Source: Synechococcus sp.
GTDB lineage: Bacteria; Cyanobacteriota; Cyanobacteriia; PCC-6307; Cyanobiaceae
NCBI GenBank assembly: GCA_047284725.1
Contig: JBJBEO010000001.1
Location: forward strand, 862,044-926,043
Length of the DNA: 64,000 nt
Reading direction: 5' to 3'
Shown: piece by piece, positions 19,937-31,644 of the stretch
Layout: every line of letters begins with the position of its first letter
How positions within the stretch are numbered: the stretch's first letter is position 1
The notes under the pieces: model-generated
Seen by the model: only the letters and a program-made list of their open reading frames with translations
Databases searched by the model: none
What the model was told of the DNA's origin: nothing
Program-made: the position numbers and the translations under genes

Positions 19937-20260
19937 TCAGAGGTACTTAGAGATCGTGCCAGAGAGGGTTGCCTTGGGCACGGCACCGACAACGGTGTCG
20001 ACCTTCTGACCACCTTTGAACACCATCAGGGTGGGAATGCTGCGGATGCCGTATTGGCTGGCGACGTTGGGGTTCTCGTCGGTGTTCAGTTTGAAGACCT
20101 TGATCTTGCCTTCGAACTCCTTGGAGATTTCGTCCACGATCGGAGCCACCATGCGGCAAGGGCCGCACCATGGTGCCCAGAAATCCACCAGAACAGGAAC
20201 ATCGCTCTGAAGCACGTCCTGTTCGAAGGAAGCGTCGGTAACGGCAGCAGCGCTAGACAT
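19937..20260 (-). CDS. trxA: Thioredoxin
   Basis: [10 protein letters not shown] active site in a 107-aa ORF. Confidence 0.95.
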   Translation of the reverse strand: MSSAAAVTDASFEQDVLQSDVPVLVDFWAPWCGPCRMVAPIVDEISKEFEGKIKVFKLNTDENPNVASQYGIRSIPTLMVFKGGQKVDTVVGAVPKATLSGTISKYL

Positions 20261-20368
20261 TCACGTGTCTGAATTGATGGGTTGAAACTTAGCAACGGTT
20301 TCGCCGCAATCCCAGGGATCCCGCTCGTTTTGAGGGGAACTGTGATCTGCTGGGCCTGCCTTGAAGAC

Positions 20369-20390
20369 AAAAAGCCCGAACGCGTCGGGC
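20369..20390 (-). terminator. Probable Rho-independent terminator downstream of guaB
   Basis: On the minus strand: GCCCGA-cgcgt-TCGGGC followed by TTTTT, about 100 nt after the guaB stop. Confidence 0.55.
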
Positions 20391-20490
20391 CGGGGGGTGT
20401 GAGGAGTGTGCAGGCCGAAGAGGCCTCCACCCTCGAACATTACCGCCTGTCTCAGGTGGTCTCGGCCTCCGTAGACAGGCGTCGGTCTGC

Positions 20491-21654
20491 TTACTTGCCC
20501 ATGCCCAGTTGCTGGGCTTTTTGATACACCTTGCCTTCCGTGAGTAGGGAGGGAGCGACCACCACCTCCACCTGCTGCATCTCTTTGATCGTGCGAGCAC
20601 CAAGGGTGCCCATGGAAGTTTTGAGGCAACCCAGGAGATTGTGCGTGCCGTCGTCGAGCTTGGCGGGGCCTCTGAGAATGCGCTCAAGGCTGCCGGTACT
20701 TCCCACGTTGATCCGGGTGCCACGGGGAAGCACAGGGCTTGGCGTGGCCATTCCCCAGTGGAAGCCGCGTCCAGGAGCCTCTTCGGCACGGGCAATGGGT
20801 GAACCGATCATCACGGCGTCGGCACCGCAGGCGATGCATTTGCAGATGTCTCCACCGGTGACGATGCCGCCATCAGCCACGATCGGAACATAACGACCAC
20901 TTTCTTTCTGATAGTCGTCCCGTGCTGCGGCGCAGTCGGCTACCGCGGTGGCTTGCGGGATTCCAACACCCAGAACACCACGGGATGTGCAAGCGGCACC
21001 TGGACCAATCCCCACCATCACACCGGCAGCACCAGCACGCATCAATTCAAGGGCGACGTCGTAGGTGACGCAATTGCCGATCACCACCGGCATGCCCATG
21101 TCACGGCAGAGGGCGGCAAGGTCGAGGGTTTCCTGACCAGCTGGCCCGATGTGGTTTGTTGACACCACAGTCGCTTGAACGAAGAAGAGATCGGCGCCGG
21201 CTTCAGCAATGGCTTTGCCAAAGCGAAGGGCGGCCACAGGGGTACCGCTCACAGCCGCGATGCCGCCCTGGGCCTTGATGTCTTGGATCCGCTTGCGGAT
21301 CAAGCTCTCCTGCACTGGCTGGCTGTAGATCTCCTGCATCAGGGGGACGAATTCGTCCTTGCCCACAGAGGCGATGCGGTCGAGAACAGCATTCGGATCG
21401 TCGTAGCGAGTCTGAACGCCCTCCAGGTTGATCACACCAAGGGCGCCAAGCTGGGACAGTTTCACGGCCATGCCCACATCGACAACGCCGTCCATGGCGC
21501 TGGCGATGATCGGGATCTCCCGTTCGATACCGCCGAGGCTCCAGCCGGTATCGGTGACCTCAGGATCAACAGTGCGTCCGCCTGGCACCAGGGCGATCTC
21601 GTCGATGCCATAGGCCCGGCGGACAACTTTGGAGCGACCAAGCTGAATGTTCAC
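20491..21654 (-). CDS. guaB: IMP dehydrogenase family protein (short, CBS-less cyanobacterial type)
   Basis: TIM-barrel IMPDH/GMPR sequence ([11 protein letters not shown]...[17 protein letters not shown]...IVADGGI.TGGDI.K). Confidence 0.9.
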   Translation of the reverse strand: MNIQLGRSKVVRRAYGIDEIALVPGGRTVDPEVTDTGWSLGGIEREIPIIASAMDGVVDVGMAVKLSQLGALGVINLEGVQTRYDDPNAVLDRIASVGKDEFVPLMQEIYSQPVQESLIRKRIQDIKAQGGIAAVSGTPVAALRFGKAIAEAGADLFFVQATVVSTNHIGPAGQETLDLAALCRDMGMPVVIGNCVTYDVALELMRAGAAGVMVGIGPGAACTSRGVLGVGIPQATAVADCAAARDDYQKESGRYVPIVADGGIVTGGDICKCIACGADAVMIGSPIARAEEAPGRGFHWGMATPSPVLPRGTRINVGSTGSLERILRGPAKLDDGTHNLLGCLKTSMGTLGARTIKEMQQVEVVVAPSLLTEGKVYQKAQQLGMGK

Positions 21655-21749
21655 CGCAAGCCAATGAAAGATCCGGTCAAGCTAACAAGCGGCCACGGCC
21701 GACCTGGTGAGCCGGAACCCTCTAGGCAGTCGCGATCTGGCGTTGATGT

Positions 21750-22475
21750 TCAGCTCTTGCCACCGGTGAAGGCACGCCAGCCCTGGCGCAGGCCTTCGAT
21801 CACTTGACGGCGCTCGTCACTGCGCACCAAGCGTGTGGCTGAAAACGAGATGGCTGAGCAGAGACCCACCAGCTCCAGCAGCCGTGGCGCTAAGGGAATG
21901 GCGCCGATGGCACTCAAAAGACCGGAATACACCTTCAGGATCAGGAGTAGGCCAATGAAGATGGCCAGCAGTCGCAGAGGTTGACGAGCCCGATTGATCT
22001 GCTCGCCGATGTCGTTGGCGTCAAACCAGTCTTTGATCTTCGCGGTGAGCAGATCCCATTCACCGCCCTGACTGGTGGCGTTGCTGTTGGGTTGGCCTCC
22101 AGGGATCGTGATGCGCTCTGCAATCGCCGGATCAGCGGGAGGGGACGCCGGCGCGGGAGGGCTTGGTGGAATGGAGGCCGTTGAGGCCGCCTGGGTCGTG
22201 ACTGCGGCGGCGTTGACCTCCGCAGCGGATGCCAGATGAGGTTCAGCCTCGATGCTTGCGGTGGTCGGTGCCGGCGTTGTGGTTTCGCTCAAGGCCTCGA
22301 TCGCTGAAGGACTCGAGGCTGTTTCCTGCTGAAGGGCATCCTCGCCATCGGCAGGAGAGTCGGCTTGAACGGTTTGATGAGACGACGCGTCTTGATTGGC
22401 GCTGTCATTGGCCGTTGAAGAGCTTGCCGATGAGGGCGCCGTCTCTTGGTTGGAGAGATTGAAGTCGGAGCTCAT
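21750..22475 (-). CDS. CAAD-domain (CURT1-like) membrane protein with long Ser/Ala/Thr/Pro-rich N-terminus
   Basis: C-terminal module LRLLAIFIGLLLILKVYSGLLSAIGAIPLAPRLLELVGLCSAISF. I set the start at ATG 22475, because the longer tracked ORF would run into gyrA. Confidence 0.75.
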   Translation of the reverse strand: MSSDFNLSNQETAPSSASSSTANDSANQDASSHQTVQADSPADGEDALQQETASSPSAIEALSETTTPAPTTASIEAEPHLASAAEVNAAAVTTQAASTASIPPSPPAPASPPADPAIAERITIPGGQPNSNATSQGGEWDLLTAKIKDWFDANDIGEQINRARQPLRLLAIFIGLLLILKVYSGLLSAIGAIPLAPRLLELVGLCSAISFSATRLVRSDERRQVIEGLRQGWRAFTGGKS

Positions 22476-22613
22476 CGCAGCACGCTTTTTCCGCGGCGAG
22501 CTTAAGGGCACCAGGCCAGGACGACCTTGCCCTTTCCATGAATCGGTATTGATTGCAATACCTGGTAAGTCGAGACCTGCCGCGATAAAGTTGCTGAGGC
22601 TTTTAGGTCTTGT

Positions 22614-25217
22614 ATGGCGGATCCAGTGGGGCCCGGCAACGGCGGTCCCGGCGAGTCCGACGACCGGATCATCCAGACGGATTTGCGCAACGAGATGTCG
22701 CGCTCCTATCTGGAGTACGCGATGAGCGTGATCGTCGGGCGAGCCCTGCCCGATGCGCGAGACGGTTTGAAGCCTGTGCATCGCCGCATCCTTTATGCGA
22801 TGTACGAGCTGGGTCTCACCAGCGATCGTCCCTACAGAAAGTGTGCCCGTGTGGTGGGTGAGGTGCTGGGTAAGTACCACCCCCACGGCGATACGGCTGT
22901 CTACGACGCCCTGGTCCGGATGGCCCAGGACTTTTCCATGTCGATGCCCCTGATCGACGGGCACGGCAACTTCGGCTCGGTCGACAACGACCCGCCGGCC
23001 GCCATGCGATACACCGAATCGCGACTGAAGGCGCTCACTACGGACAGCCTTCTCGAAGACATCGAGGCCGAAACCGTTGATTTCGCCGACAACTTTGATG
23101 GCTCCCAGCAGGAGCCCACGGTGCTGCCCGCCAGGATTCCACAGCTGCTGCTGAATGGCTCAGCGGGTATTGCGGTGGGCATGGCCACCAACATCCCTCC
23201 CCACAATCTTGGGGAACTCATTAATGGTCTGCTGGCCCTCATCGAGAACCCGGAGCTCGAGGACGAAGAGCTCATGCGCATCATCCCCGGGCCCGACTTC
23301 CCCACCGGCGGCCAGATTCTTGGCCGTACCGGCATCCGTGAGACGTATCTCAGCGGCCGCGGTTCGGTCACCATGCGCGGCGTGGCGGCGATTGAAACGA
23401 TCGAAGCTCCTGGTCGCCCTGATCGGGATGCGGTGATCATCACCGAACTGCCCTACCAAACCAACAAGGCGGCGTTGATCGAGCGCATTGCCGAGATGGT
23501 CAATGACAAAAAACTCGAGGGCATCTCCGATATTCGCGATGAAAGCGATCGGGATGGTATGCGCATCGTGGTGGAGCTGCGCCGGGATGCCTACCCCCAG
23601 GTGGTGCTCAACAACCTGTTCAAGCTCACGCCACTGCAGAGCAATTTCAGCGCCCACATGCTGGCGTTGGTGAACGGGGAGCCGATCCTGCTCACCCTGC
23701 GCAGGATGTTGCAGGTGTTCCTCGACTTCCGGGTCGAGACGATCGAGCGCCGTACCCGTTATCTGCTGCGCAAAGCGGAAGAGCGCGACCACATCCTCCT
23801 CGGTCTGTTGCTGGCCCTGGATCAGCTCGATCCGATCATTGCCCTGATCCGCGCCGCTCCCGATACCGCCACCGCCAAACAGCAGCTGCAAGATCGTCAC
23901 GGTCTCAGTGACATTCAAGCCGACGCCATCCTCCAGATGCAGCTGCGCCGGCTGACGGCCCTTGAGGCCGACAAGATCCGCCTTGAGCACGAAGATCTTG
24001 TCACCAAGATCGCTGACTACAAAGACATCCTTGGCCGGCGTGAGCGGGTCTTCGGCATCATCCAGGACGAGCTCACTCAGCTGCGCGACCGCTATCCGAT
24101 CGAGCGGCGCACGGAAATTCTCAATATCGCCGCTGGCCTGGAAGACATCGATCTGATCGCCAACGAGCGTTCGGTGGTTCTGCTGACCGAAACCGGTTAT
24201 CTCAAACGCATGCCGGTGAGTGAGTTTGAAGCCACCAGCCGCGGCACCCGCGGCAAGGCCGGGACCCGCAGCCAGGGTGAAGAAGCCGTGAAGCTGTTCA
24301 TCAGCTGCAACGACCACGACACCCTGTTGCTGTTCAGTGATCGGGGCGTGTCCTACGCCCTGCCTGCCTATCGCGTGCCCCAGTGCAGCCGTACTGCCAA
24401 GGGCACCCCGGTGGTGCAGCTCTTGCCGATTCCCCGGGAGGAAGCGATCACCACGTTGCTGGCGGTGTCGGAGTTCAGTGACGACAGCGATCTGCTGATG
24501 CTCACCAGCGGTGGTTTCATCAAGCGCACCCGTCTCTCGGCGTTCAGCAACATTCGCTCCAATGGTCTGATCGCCATCAACCTGGAAGAGGGCGATGCCC
24601 TCACCTGGGTGCGGCAGGCGGTGCCCGGCGACAGCGTGCTGATCGGCACCAAAGCCGGCATGACCATTCACTTCCGCCTGAGCGATGAGGAGCTCCGCCC
24701 TCTTGGACGCACTGCCCGTGGTGTGCGTTCAATGAATCTCCGTGACGGCGATGCCCTTGTGAGCATGGATGTGCTGCCGGTGGAGCTGGCCGACAAGGTG
24801 GCCCAGAGCAGTGAGGATGCTGCAGACGAGGACGAGGGGGCGACAGCTGAAGGCCCCTGGGTGTTGGTGGCCTCGGCCAGTGGCCTGGGCAAACGGGTGC
24901 CTGTGACCCAGTTCCGCCTGCAGAAACGCGCCGGCATGGGTCTCCGTGGCATGAAGTTCCGCAAAGAGGGCGACGAGCTGGTGGCGTTGAGGGTCCTCGG
25001 CGCAGGGGAGGAGCTGTTGTTGGTGAGCGAAAAGGGTGTGATTGTGCGCACCAGCGCCGATGCCATTCCGCAGCAATCCCGTGCTGCTACTGGTGTGCGA
25101 CTGCAGAAGCTCGACAAAGGCGACAGCCTGCTCAAGGTGGTGCTGGTGCCGCCGGAACCGGAATCCGACGAGGAGGATGCCGACGCCCCAGAGGCCAGCG
25201 CAGAGCAGGACAACTGA
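22614..25217 (+). CDS. gyrA: DNA gyrase subunit A
   Basis: [33 protein letters not shown], catalytic-Tyr motif [10 protein letters not shown], and an acidic C-terminal tail. Confidence 0.97.
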   Translation: MADPVGPGNGGPGESDDRIIQTDLRNEMSRSYLEYAMSVIVGRALPDARDGLKPVHRRILYAMYELGLTSDRPYRKCARVVGEVLGKYHPHGDTAVYDALVRMAQDFSMSMPLIDGHGNFGSVDNDPPAAMRYTESRLKALTTDSLLEDIEAETVDFADNFDGSQQEPTVLPARIPQLLLNGSAGIAVGMATNIPPHNLGELINGLLALIENPELEDEELMRIIPGPDFPTGGQILGRTGIRETYLSGRGSVTMRGVAAIETIEAPGRPDRDAVIITELPYQTNKAALIERIAEMVNDKKLEGISDIRDESDRDGMRIVVELRRDAYPQVVLNNLFKLTPLQSNFSAHMLALVNGEPILLTLRRMLQVFLDFRVETIERRTRYLLRKAEERDHILLGLLLALDQLDPIIALIRAAPDTATAKQQLQDRHGLSDIQADAILQMQLRRLTALEADKIRLEHEDLVTKIADYKDILGRRERVFGIIQDELTQLRDRYPIERRTEILNIAAGLEDIDLIANERSVVLLTETGYLKRMPVSEFEATSRGTRGKAGTRSQGEEAVKLFISCNDHDTLLLFSDRGVSYALPAYRVPQCSRTAKGTPVVQLLPIPREEAITTLLAVSEFSDDSDLLMLTSGGFIKRTRLSAFSNIRSNGLIAINLEEGDALTWVRQAVPGDSVLIGTKAGMTIHFRLSDEELRPLGRTARGVRSMNLRDGDALVSMDVLPVELADKVAQSSEDAADEDEGATAEGPWVLVASASGLGKRVPVTQFRLQKRAGMGLRGMKFRKEGDELVALRVLGAGEELLLVSEKGVIVRTSADAIPQQSRAATGVRLQKLDKGDSLLKVVLVPPEPESDEEDADAPEASAEQDN

Positions 25218-25219
25218 CC

Positions 25220-26488
25220 TTGCCGGACAACTGGGCTGGCCTCGATGTGTTGGTGCTGGGGGGCGGACCTGCTGCCCTCTGCATCGCCTCGGAACTGAAC
25301 CAACGGGGTGTTGCGGTGGGGGGCATCGCCCCAGATCCGGTTGATGCTCCGTGGCCGAACACCTACGGCATCTGGGCTGACGAACTGAGGGCGGTGGGTC
25401 TCGAGCACCTCCTGGAGCACCGCTGGAGCGACACCGTCAGTTACTTCGGAGAAGGCGGATCAACGGCTCAGGATCAGGCCACAGCCCATGGGATTGACTA
25501 TGGCCTGTTTGATCGCGCGGCCCTGCAGCGGCATTGGCTTGAGCGTGGCAAAGGGGTGGTGTGGCATCAGGACACCGCTGAACGGGTGGAGGTGCGTGGA
25601 TCAATGACCACCGTCACCTGCACATCCGGCGACACGTTGACGGCGCGCCTGGTGATCGATGCCTCCGGCTCGCGCACGCCCCACATTTCTCGCCCGGATC
25701 AGGGTCCGGTGGCGGGTCAGGCGGCCTACGGCGTGGTAGGGCGTTTCTCCCAACCGCCGATTGAGGCAGGTCGGTTTGTGTTGATGGACTATCGCTGCGA
25801 TCACCTCAGCGCAGCGCAGCGCCAGGAACCCCCCACGTTCCTGTATGCGATGGATCTGGGCGATGGGGTGTTCTTCGTGGAAGAAACCTCACTCGCTTTG
25901 GCACCAGGTGTTCCCTACGAGGTGCTCAAGCAACGGCTGCAGCAGCGCTTGCATCAGCGCGGCGTGGAGATCACCGAGGTGATCCACGAGGAGTTCTGCC
26001 TCTTCCCGATGAACCTGCCGCTGCCGGATCGCCGTCAGCCCGTGCTGGCTTTCGGGAGTGCGGCGAGCATGGTGCATCCCGCCTCCGGTTACATGGTGGG
26101 GGCATTGCTGCGGCGCGGTCCTGCCCTGGCCGCAGCTGTCGCCGATGCTCTCGCGAATCCGGTTCTGAGTTCAGCAGCGTTGGCCCGTTGTGGTTGGCAG
26201 GCTCTGTGGCCCCTGGAGCTGGTGTTGCGTCATCAGCTCTATCAGTTCGGCCTGGGCCGGTTGATGGACTTCAACGCAACGCTTCTACGCACCCACTTCG
26301 CCACCTTTTTCTCCTTGCCGCGTGAAGAGTGGTTTGGCTTCCTGACCAACACCTTGCCTCTGCCACGGCTGATGGCGGTGATGCTCAGGTTGTTCGCGCT
26401 CTCTCCCTGGGAGTTGCGTAGGGGCCTAGTGCTGGGGGCAGCGTCGCAGCAGAGGCCTCGGTGGGGTGAGCTGACCGCTGACCGTTGA
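25220..26488 (+). CDS. crtL: Lycopene cyclase, CrtL type
   Basis: FAD-binding fold VLVLGGGPAALCIASEL and a CrtL-length ORF. TTG start 2 nt after the gyrA stop. I cannot tell the beta type from the epsilon type. Confidence 0.85.
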   Translation: MPDNWAGLDVLVLGGGPAALCIASELNQRGVAVGGIAPDPVDAPWPNTYGIWADELRAVGLEHLLEHRWSDTVSYFGEGGSTAQDQATAHGIDYGLFDRAALQRHWLERGKGVVWHQDTAERVEVRGSMTTVTCTSGDTLTARLVIDASGSRTPHISRPDQGPVAGQAAYGVVGRFSQPPIEAGRFVLMDYRCDHLSAAQRQEPPTFLYAMDLGDGVFFVEETSLALAPGVPYEVLKQRLQQRLHQRGVEITEVIHEEFCLFPMNLPLPDRRQPVLAFGSAASMVHPASGYMVGALLRRGPALAAAVADALANPVLSSAALARCGWQALWPLELVLRHQLYQFGLGRLMDFNATLLRTHFATFFSLPREEWFGFLTNTLPLPRLMAVMLRLFALSPWELRRGLVLGAASQQRPRWGELTADR

Positions 26489-26494
26489 CCGCGC

Positions 26495-28069
26495 TCAGGC
26501 CTTTACCCTCACCCAATCCGCTGGCTGAATCAGCGGGAACAGGGCGTCCTCCTGCTCCACGGCGTTGAGCCATCCCTCAGGCAGATCCTTGTCACCAGTG
26601 ATGGCGCCCATCAGTTGCCAGAAGCGGTCGAGGTGGCGCTGCACCCGTTCTTTGGCCAGTTCGGTGGTGGTTCCCGATCGCAGAATGAAACTCCAATCAC
26701 TTGATTGGGCGAGGAGGAGTTCGCGACCGGCTTGATGAAGAAGCCTCAGCCCCAGTTCACTCCCCACCCCGCGGCTGCAGCGATCCACCATGGCCTCGCA
26801 GGCTTTGCTCCATTCGGGAATGATCCAGGCATTGGTGTCGTTCAGCCAGTAATCGTGAAACCCGCCGCGGCCCCAGCTGGAGGGGCAGGGGTCACACACC
26901 TGAAGGTTGGGGGTTCCGGAGAGGGCACTGCGCAGGCTGGAGAACTGCACTCCTTCCGTTGGGCCTTGGCGGAACAGTTCTGCCAGGAACCTGGGCCCCT
27001 CGAACCACCAGTGGCCGAAGAGTTCAGCATCAAAGGGCGCCACCAGAAGTGGCTCGATGCTCATGCTGGATTGGAGATGGTCGAGCTGGAGCCGACGTCC
27101 CTGCAGGAAGTGCTGGGCATGGTGCCTGGTGCGCTCGAACGCCAGCTCCGGCTGGTAAGGCTGTTTGGCGTCCAGAGGGGCGCTCTGGTCGCTGACGCGG
27201 TGCAGCTTCAGACCGAGCGGGCGTTGCCCGGGTAAACCGTGGGCGGCAACCCGTTCAGGGGGCAAGTCCCAGCCCAGGTCACGGTGGAATTCGCGGTAAA
27301 GGGGATCACCGGGATAGCCATCTTTGGCTGACCACACCGGCAGGGTGGCATCGCTGTCACGGCCAAAAAAAGCAACGCCGTTGCTGCTCACGATCGGGGC
27401 ATAAACCCCATAGCGCGGTCTGGGTTTGGCGTGCAGCAGGCCATGGCCATCCAGGATTGCGTAGCGCAGGCCGGCATCACGCATCCAGAGATCAAGCCCT
27501 TCGTAGTAAGCGCATTCCGGTAGCCAGATGCCGAGCGGACGTTCGCCGATCAGGCGGTGGTGTTCACGCACTGCCGTGCGGAGCTGAGCGCGGACGGCTT
27601 CAGGGTGCTCCCGCAGCAGAGGTAAGTAACCGTGGGTGGCTCCGCAGGTGAGCAGATCCACGACGCCCCTGCGCTGCAGGGCGGCGAAGCGGCCGATCAG
27701 GTCGCCTTCACAGGCCTGCCAGTTGGCGAGATGTCGCCGAATCGTCTGATCCAGATGCTCGGCGGCTTCGCGACGATCGCTGGGGGCTTCCTGGAGAAGG
27801 CCAAGCCGAGCTTCGAGCCAAGCGGGAAAGCGTTGCTGAAGCGTGGAGTCGGCGAGCAGGGACAACAGGGTGGGCGATGTGCCCATGGTCAGCTGGGGCT
27901 GCTGGCGTGGATCGGCCGCTGCTGCCTCAAGGGTCTCCAGGAGCGGCAGGTAACACTCGATCAGGGCCTGAAAGAACCAGTCTTCCTCGAGGGAATTCGG
28001 CTCGCTGCCACGGACGTAGGGCAAATGGGCATGGAGAACAAGAGCCAGTGCTCCGTGACTCACATCCAC
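26495..28069 (-). CDS. Glycoside hydrolase family 57 protein (putative alpha-glucan branching enzyme)
   Basis: N-terminus [15 protein letters not shown] and GH57-type layout ([26 protein letters not shown]). Confidence 0.85.
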   Translation of the reverse strand: MDVSHGALALVLHAHLPYVRGSEPNSLEEDWFFQALIECYLPLLETLEAAAADPRQQPQLTMGTSPTLLSLLADSTLQQRFPAWLEARLGLLQEAPSDRREAAEHLDQTIRRHLANWQACEGDLIGRFAALQRRGVVDLLTCGATHGYLPLLREHPEAVRAQLRTAVREHHRLIGERPLGIWLPECAYYEGLDLWMRDAGLRYAILDGHGLLHAKPRPRYGVYAPIVSSNGVAFFGRDSDATLPVWSAKDGYPGDPLYREFHRDLGWDLPPERVAAHGLPGQRPLGLKLHRVSDQSAPLDAKQPYQPELAFERTRHHAQHFLQGRRLQLDHLQSSMSIEPLLVAPFDAELFGHWWFEGPRFLAELFRQGPTEGVQFSSLRSALSGTPNLQVCDPCPSSWGRGGFHDYWLNDTNAWIIPEWSKACEAMVDRCSRGVGSELGLRLLHQAGRELLLAQSSDWSFILRSGTTTELAKERVQRHLDRFWQLMGAITGDKDLPEGWLNAVEQEDALFPLIQPADWVRVKA

Positions 28070-28190
28070 TCCCCATCCATCGCACGAATGTACTGGTATT
28101 TCCGGTCCTGATCGCAGGATTGGCGGCGGCCTCTCGCTTAGACTGGGCTATCTCATAGTCAATCCGACTAGCGCCCCTCTCGAGGTTGCC

Positions 28191-29816
28191 ATGGCCAAGG
28201 ACCCCGGCCGCGTCTTGATCTTCGACACCACCCTCAGGGATGGTGAGCAGTCTCCTGGAGCCAGCCTCAATCTGGAGGAGAAGCTGGCGATTGCCCAGCA
28301 GCTGGCGCGCCTTGGGGTGGACGTGATCGAAGCGGGTTTCCCTTTTGCAAGCCCCGGAGACTTTGCTGCCGTGCAGCGCATTGCCCAGCAGGTGGGCGGT
28401 GAGACCGGTCCGATCATTTGTGGCCTGGCCAGAGCATCACGCGCTGATATCAAGGCCTGTGCTGATGCGGTGGCTCCGGCTCCCCGTCGTCGTATCCACA
28501 CCTTCATCGCCACCAGTGACATTCACCTCAAGCACAAGCTGCGCAAAAGCAGGCAGGAGGTGCTGGCGATCGTGCCTGACATGGTTGCCTATGCCCGCTC
28601 CCTCGTTGATGACGTGGAGTTCTCCTGTGAAGACGCTGGTCGTAGTGATCCCGAGTTCCTCTACGACGTGATCGAGGCGGCGATCGCCGCCGGAGCAAGC
28701 ACCATCAACATCCCCGACACCGTTGGCTACACCACCCCCTCGGAGTTCGGCGGCCTGATCACCGGGATCGACCAGCATGTGCCCAACATCGATGAAGCTG
28801 TGCTGTCGGTGCATGGTCATAACGACCTGGGCCTGGCGGTGGCCAACTTCCTTGAAGCCGTCAAAGGTGGCGCTCGCCAGTTGGAATGCACGATCAACGG
28901 CATCGGCGAGAGGGCGGGGAACGCGGCTCTCGAAGAGCTGGTGATGGCGTTGCATGTGCGCCGTCGCTATTTCAATCCCTTTTTCGGGCGTGAGGACGAC
29001 TCCCCCACGCCCCTCACCGCTGTGCGCACCGAGGAAATCACCAAGACCTCGCGTCTGGTGTCAAATCTCACCGGCATGGTGGTGCAGCCCAACAAGGCGA
29101 TTGTGGGAGCGAATGCGTTTGCCCACGAGTCGGGGATTCATCAGGACGGTGTCCTCAAAAACCGCCTGACTTATGAAATCGTCGATGCCCAGACGGTGGG
29201 CCTCAGCGACAACCGGATCTCTCTGGGCAAGCTCAGTGGCCGTAGCGCGGTGCGGGCACGGCTTGAAGAACTCGGCTACGACCTCAGTCGCGATGATCTG
29301 GATGAGGCCTTTGCCCGTTTCAAGGATCTGGCCGACCGAAAGAGAGAAATCACCGATCGGGATCTCGAAGCGATCGTGAGTGAACAGGTGCAGCAGCCGG
29401 AAGCCCGCTACCAGCTCAAGCTGGTGCAGGTGAGCTGTGGCAGCAGCCTCCAGCCCACGGCCACGGTCACCCTTGCTGATGAGGATGGTCAGGAGCAAAC
29501 AACCGCTGCGATTGGCACCGGCCCTGTCGATGCCGTCTGCCAGGCGTTGAATGCCCTCGCCGGTGAGCCCAATGAACTGGTGGAATTCTCTGTGAAGTCA
29601 GTGACCGAAGGCATCGATGCCATCGGAGAAGTGACGATTCGCCTGCGTCGTGATGGACAGCTGTTCTCCGGCCATGCCGCTGACACCGATGTGGTGGTGG
29701 CTGCGGCCCAGGCGTTCGTGAATGCCCTCAACCGCTTGGTGGCAGTCCAGCACCAGCAGCCCATTCATCCCCAGCGCGATGCTGCCGATGTCGCGGCAGC
29801 CCGCCCCAGCCTCTGA
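28191..29816 (+). CDS. leuA: 2-isopropylmalate synthase
   Basis: [28 protein letters not shown], and the C-terminal LeuA regulatory domain. Confidence 0.95.
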   Translation: MAKDPGRVLIFDTTLRDGEQSPGASLNLEEKLAIAQQLARLGVDVIEAGFPFASPGDFAAVQRIAQQVGGETGPIICGLARASRADIKACADAVAPAPRRRIHTFIATSDIHLKHKLRKSRQEVLAIVPDMVAYARSLVDDVEFSCEDAGRSDPEFLYDVIEAAIAAGASTINIPDTVGYTTPSEFGGLITGIDQHVPNIDEAVLSVHGHNDLGLAVANFLEAVKGGARQLECTINGIGERAGNAALEELVMALHVRRRYFNPFFGREDDSPTPLTAVRTEEITKTSRLVSNLTGMVVQPNKAIVGANAFAHESGIHQDGVLKNRLTYEIVDAQTVGLSDNRISLGKLSGRSAVRARLEELGYDLSRDDLDEAFARFKDLADRKREITDRDLEAIVSEQVQQPEARYQLKLVQVSCGSSLQPTATVTLADEDGQEQTTAAIGTGPVDAVCQALNALAGEPNELVEFSVKSVTEGIDAIGEVTIRLRRDGQLFSGHAADTDVVVAAAQAFVNALNRLVAVQHQQPIHPQRDAADVAAARPSL

Positions 29817-30656
29817 GTGATGTCAGCTTCTGTGCGTGCCAGGGCCAGCGCGATCCTGCAGCTTCTGCTCTTGATCCTCTTGGCTCTGGTGGTGCTGGTG
29901 CCGTTGCTCTGGTTGGTGAGCACGTCCCTCAAGGGTCCGGCTGAAGACATCTTCAGTTCACCGCCAGCACTGTTGCCTTCGCAGCCAAGTCTGAATGCCT
30001 ACGTTCAGGTGTTTGGCTCCAATCCGCTTGGGACTTATCTCCTCAACAGCACGATCGTGAGTGGATTGGCCGTGACGGCCAATCTGTTGTTCTGTTCTCT
30101 GGCTGCCTACCCGCTGGCGCGGATGCGCTTCAAGGGGCGCGGCTTCGTGCTGGCGCTGGTGGTGGCCACGATCCTCATCCCTTTCCAGGTGGTGATGATC
30201 CCCCTCTACCTGTTGATGGTGCAGCTGGGTTTACGCAATACCCTGATGGCTCTGGTGATCCCTCAGGCTGCCACGGCCTTTGGCTTGTATTTATTGCGCC
30301 AGAGCTTTCTGGCCGTGCCGGTGGAGTTGGAGGAGGCAGCACGAATCGATGGCTGCAGCAAGCTCGGTGAATGGTGGAACGTGATGATTCCTGCCGCCCG
30401 GGCCGATCTGATCACCCTGGGAATGTTTGTGTTTATCGGCACCTGGAGTGACTTCCTCTGGCCTCTTGTCATCGTTGACGACCCAGCGCTCTACACCCTG
30501 CCCATCGGCTTGCAGCAGCTGGCCAGCAGTTTTTCGCTGGATTGGCGCCTTGTGGCAGCAGGTTCGGTGGTGTCGATCCTGCCGGTGTTGGTGTTGTTTG
30601 TGGTTTTGCAGCGTTTCATCCTCCCCAGCGCCAGCAGTGATGCGGTGAAGGGTTGA
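29817..30656 (+). CDS. Carbohydrate-type ABC transporter permease (MalG-like)
   Basis: EAA loop (LEEAARIDGCSKLGEWWNVMIPAARADL) and six hydrophobic spans. GTG start directly abuts the leuA stop (TGAGTG). Confidence 0.85.
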   Translation: MMSASVRARASAILQLLLLILLALVVLVPLLWLVSTSLKGPAEDIFSSPPALLPSQPSLNAYVQVFGSNPLGTYLLNSTIVSGLAVTANLLFCSLAAYPLARMRFKGRGFVLALVVATILIPFQVVMIPLYLLMVQLGLRNTLMALVIPQAATAFGLYLLRQSFLAVPVELEEAARIDGCSKLGEWWNVMIPAARADLITLGMFVFIGTWSDFLWPLVIVDDPALYTLPIGLQQLASSFSLDWRLVAAGSVVSILPVLVLFVVLQRFILPSASSDAVKG

Positions 30657-30657
30657 T

Positions 30658-31053
30658 TCAGGGACTCTGCGTCAGCGGTGTTGTTGGTGTGATCTCGAAG
30701 GGATCTGGTTCAGGGGTGGGCTGAAGAAGGTTCTGTTCCAGCCGGAGCTGATCGCTGTGTTGCTGAGCGGTGCGGCTGATCCGATCCTCCAGCTCCCGTT
30801 GGTTGTTCTGCACCTGCTTGAGCTGTTGCGCCAGGAGTTCAGTGCTGACGGATGGATTGTCCTGGAGGGTTTGTTCGACATCGCTGAGCCGTTGCTGCAA
30901 CTTGTTGATGCTGGTGGTCTGTTCGCCAATCGCTTGCCAAAAAACAACGAACAGAACGCTGAGCATGCTCATGCCCGTCACGGGGATCAACATCAAGGCC
31001 GCCTGTCTCCACTGCATGGGCCTCAGCCGATCTCCGCCAGTGGTAGCAGGCAC
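30658..31053 (-). CDS. Hypothetical membrane-anchored coiled-coil protein
   Basis: One TM span (LMLIPVTGMSMLSVLFVVFW) followed by a Gln/Leu/Glu-rich heptad-like segment. Confidence 0.55.
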   Translation of the reverse strand: MPATTGGDRLRPMQWRQAALMLIPVTGMSMLSVLFVVFWQAIGEQTTSINKLQQRLSDVEQTLQDNPSVSTELLAQQLKQVQNNQRELEDRISRTAQQHSDQLRLEQNLLQPTPEPDPFEITPTTPLTQSP

Positions 31054-31085
31054 CGCGTCAGGATGGAACCCATCGCATAAATGGG

Positions 31086-31334
31086 TTGATGGCGCTTGCC
31101 GATTTGGATCAGTTGCTGGCGTTGCGCAACAGCGATCAGGCCCTGGCGGAACGCATGGAGGGCCCCCTTGATCTGGAGGAGCTGATCGCGCTTGCCGCGG
31201 AGCGGGGTCTCGAGGTGTCGGAGTCCGATGTTTTTGAGGCTCAGCGGCGCGAACAGCAGAGGCGCTCGGCCACTGAGCTGCAACAGGATGCGGCTCAAGA
31301 GTCGCGCCGGTTGCGCCATTTCATTCAGGGCTGA
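31086..31334 (+). CDS. Nif11-like domain protein
   Basis: LDQLLALRNSDQALAERMEGPLDLEELIALAAERGLEVSESDV follows the Nif11-type leader-domain pattern. Confidence 0.7.
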   Translation: MMALADLDQLLALRNSDQALAERMEGPLDLEELIALAAERGLEVSESDVFEAQRREQQRRSATELQQDAAQESRRLRHFIQG

Positions 31335-31547
31335 TCAGCGCAGCATCACCACATCCGGTGTGACGCCAAGAATCTGACCGATCCAGATGGCGTGGGTCAC
31401 GGCACCTTCATGGGTGTGAAAGGTCCAGGCCTGTTGCGGTGATGTGACGGTTTCGATGCGTTCATCGTCGCCCGTCACTCTCAGATAGGCCCCAGCCCGG
31501 GGACAGCGGAGCACGAAACGCTCGAAGGCAAAGGTGGAAATCCCCAT
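31335..31547 (-). CDS. Small hypothetical protein
   Basis: 70-codon ORF with ordinary composition, convergent with and abutting the Nif11-like gene. Confidence 0.5.
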   Translation of the reverse strand: MGISTFAFERFVLRCPRAGAYLRVTGDDERIETVTSPQQAWTFHTHEGAVTHAIWIGQILGVTPDVVMLR

Positions 31548-31644
31548 GATCGTTCTCGCTGAGACTCACTCCTGCCATAGCGGTCTACTGGCAGGGTCCC
31601 TGGGTCATGACCGGATTTTCTCCAGGTCTGTGATGCGGCTGGTC

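Noticed and set aside
22476-22964. N-terminal 163 codons of the tracked 404-codon ORF (21750-22964)
   Set aside because: This part overlaps the gyrA 5' end in antisense and is His/Arg/Gly-rich. The protein-like part starts at ATG 22475.
23160-24671. 503-codon minus-strand ORF
   Set aside because: It lies entirely antisense to the unambiguous gyrA gene. Its Arg/Gly/His/Gln-rich composition is typical of stop-free antisense frames in high-GC DNA.
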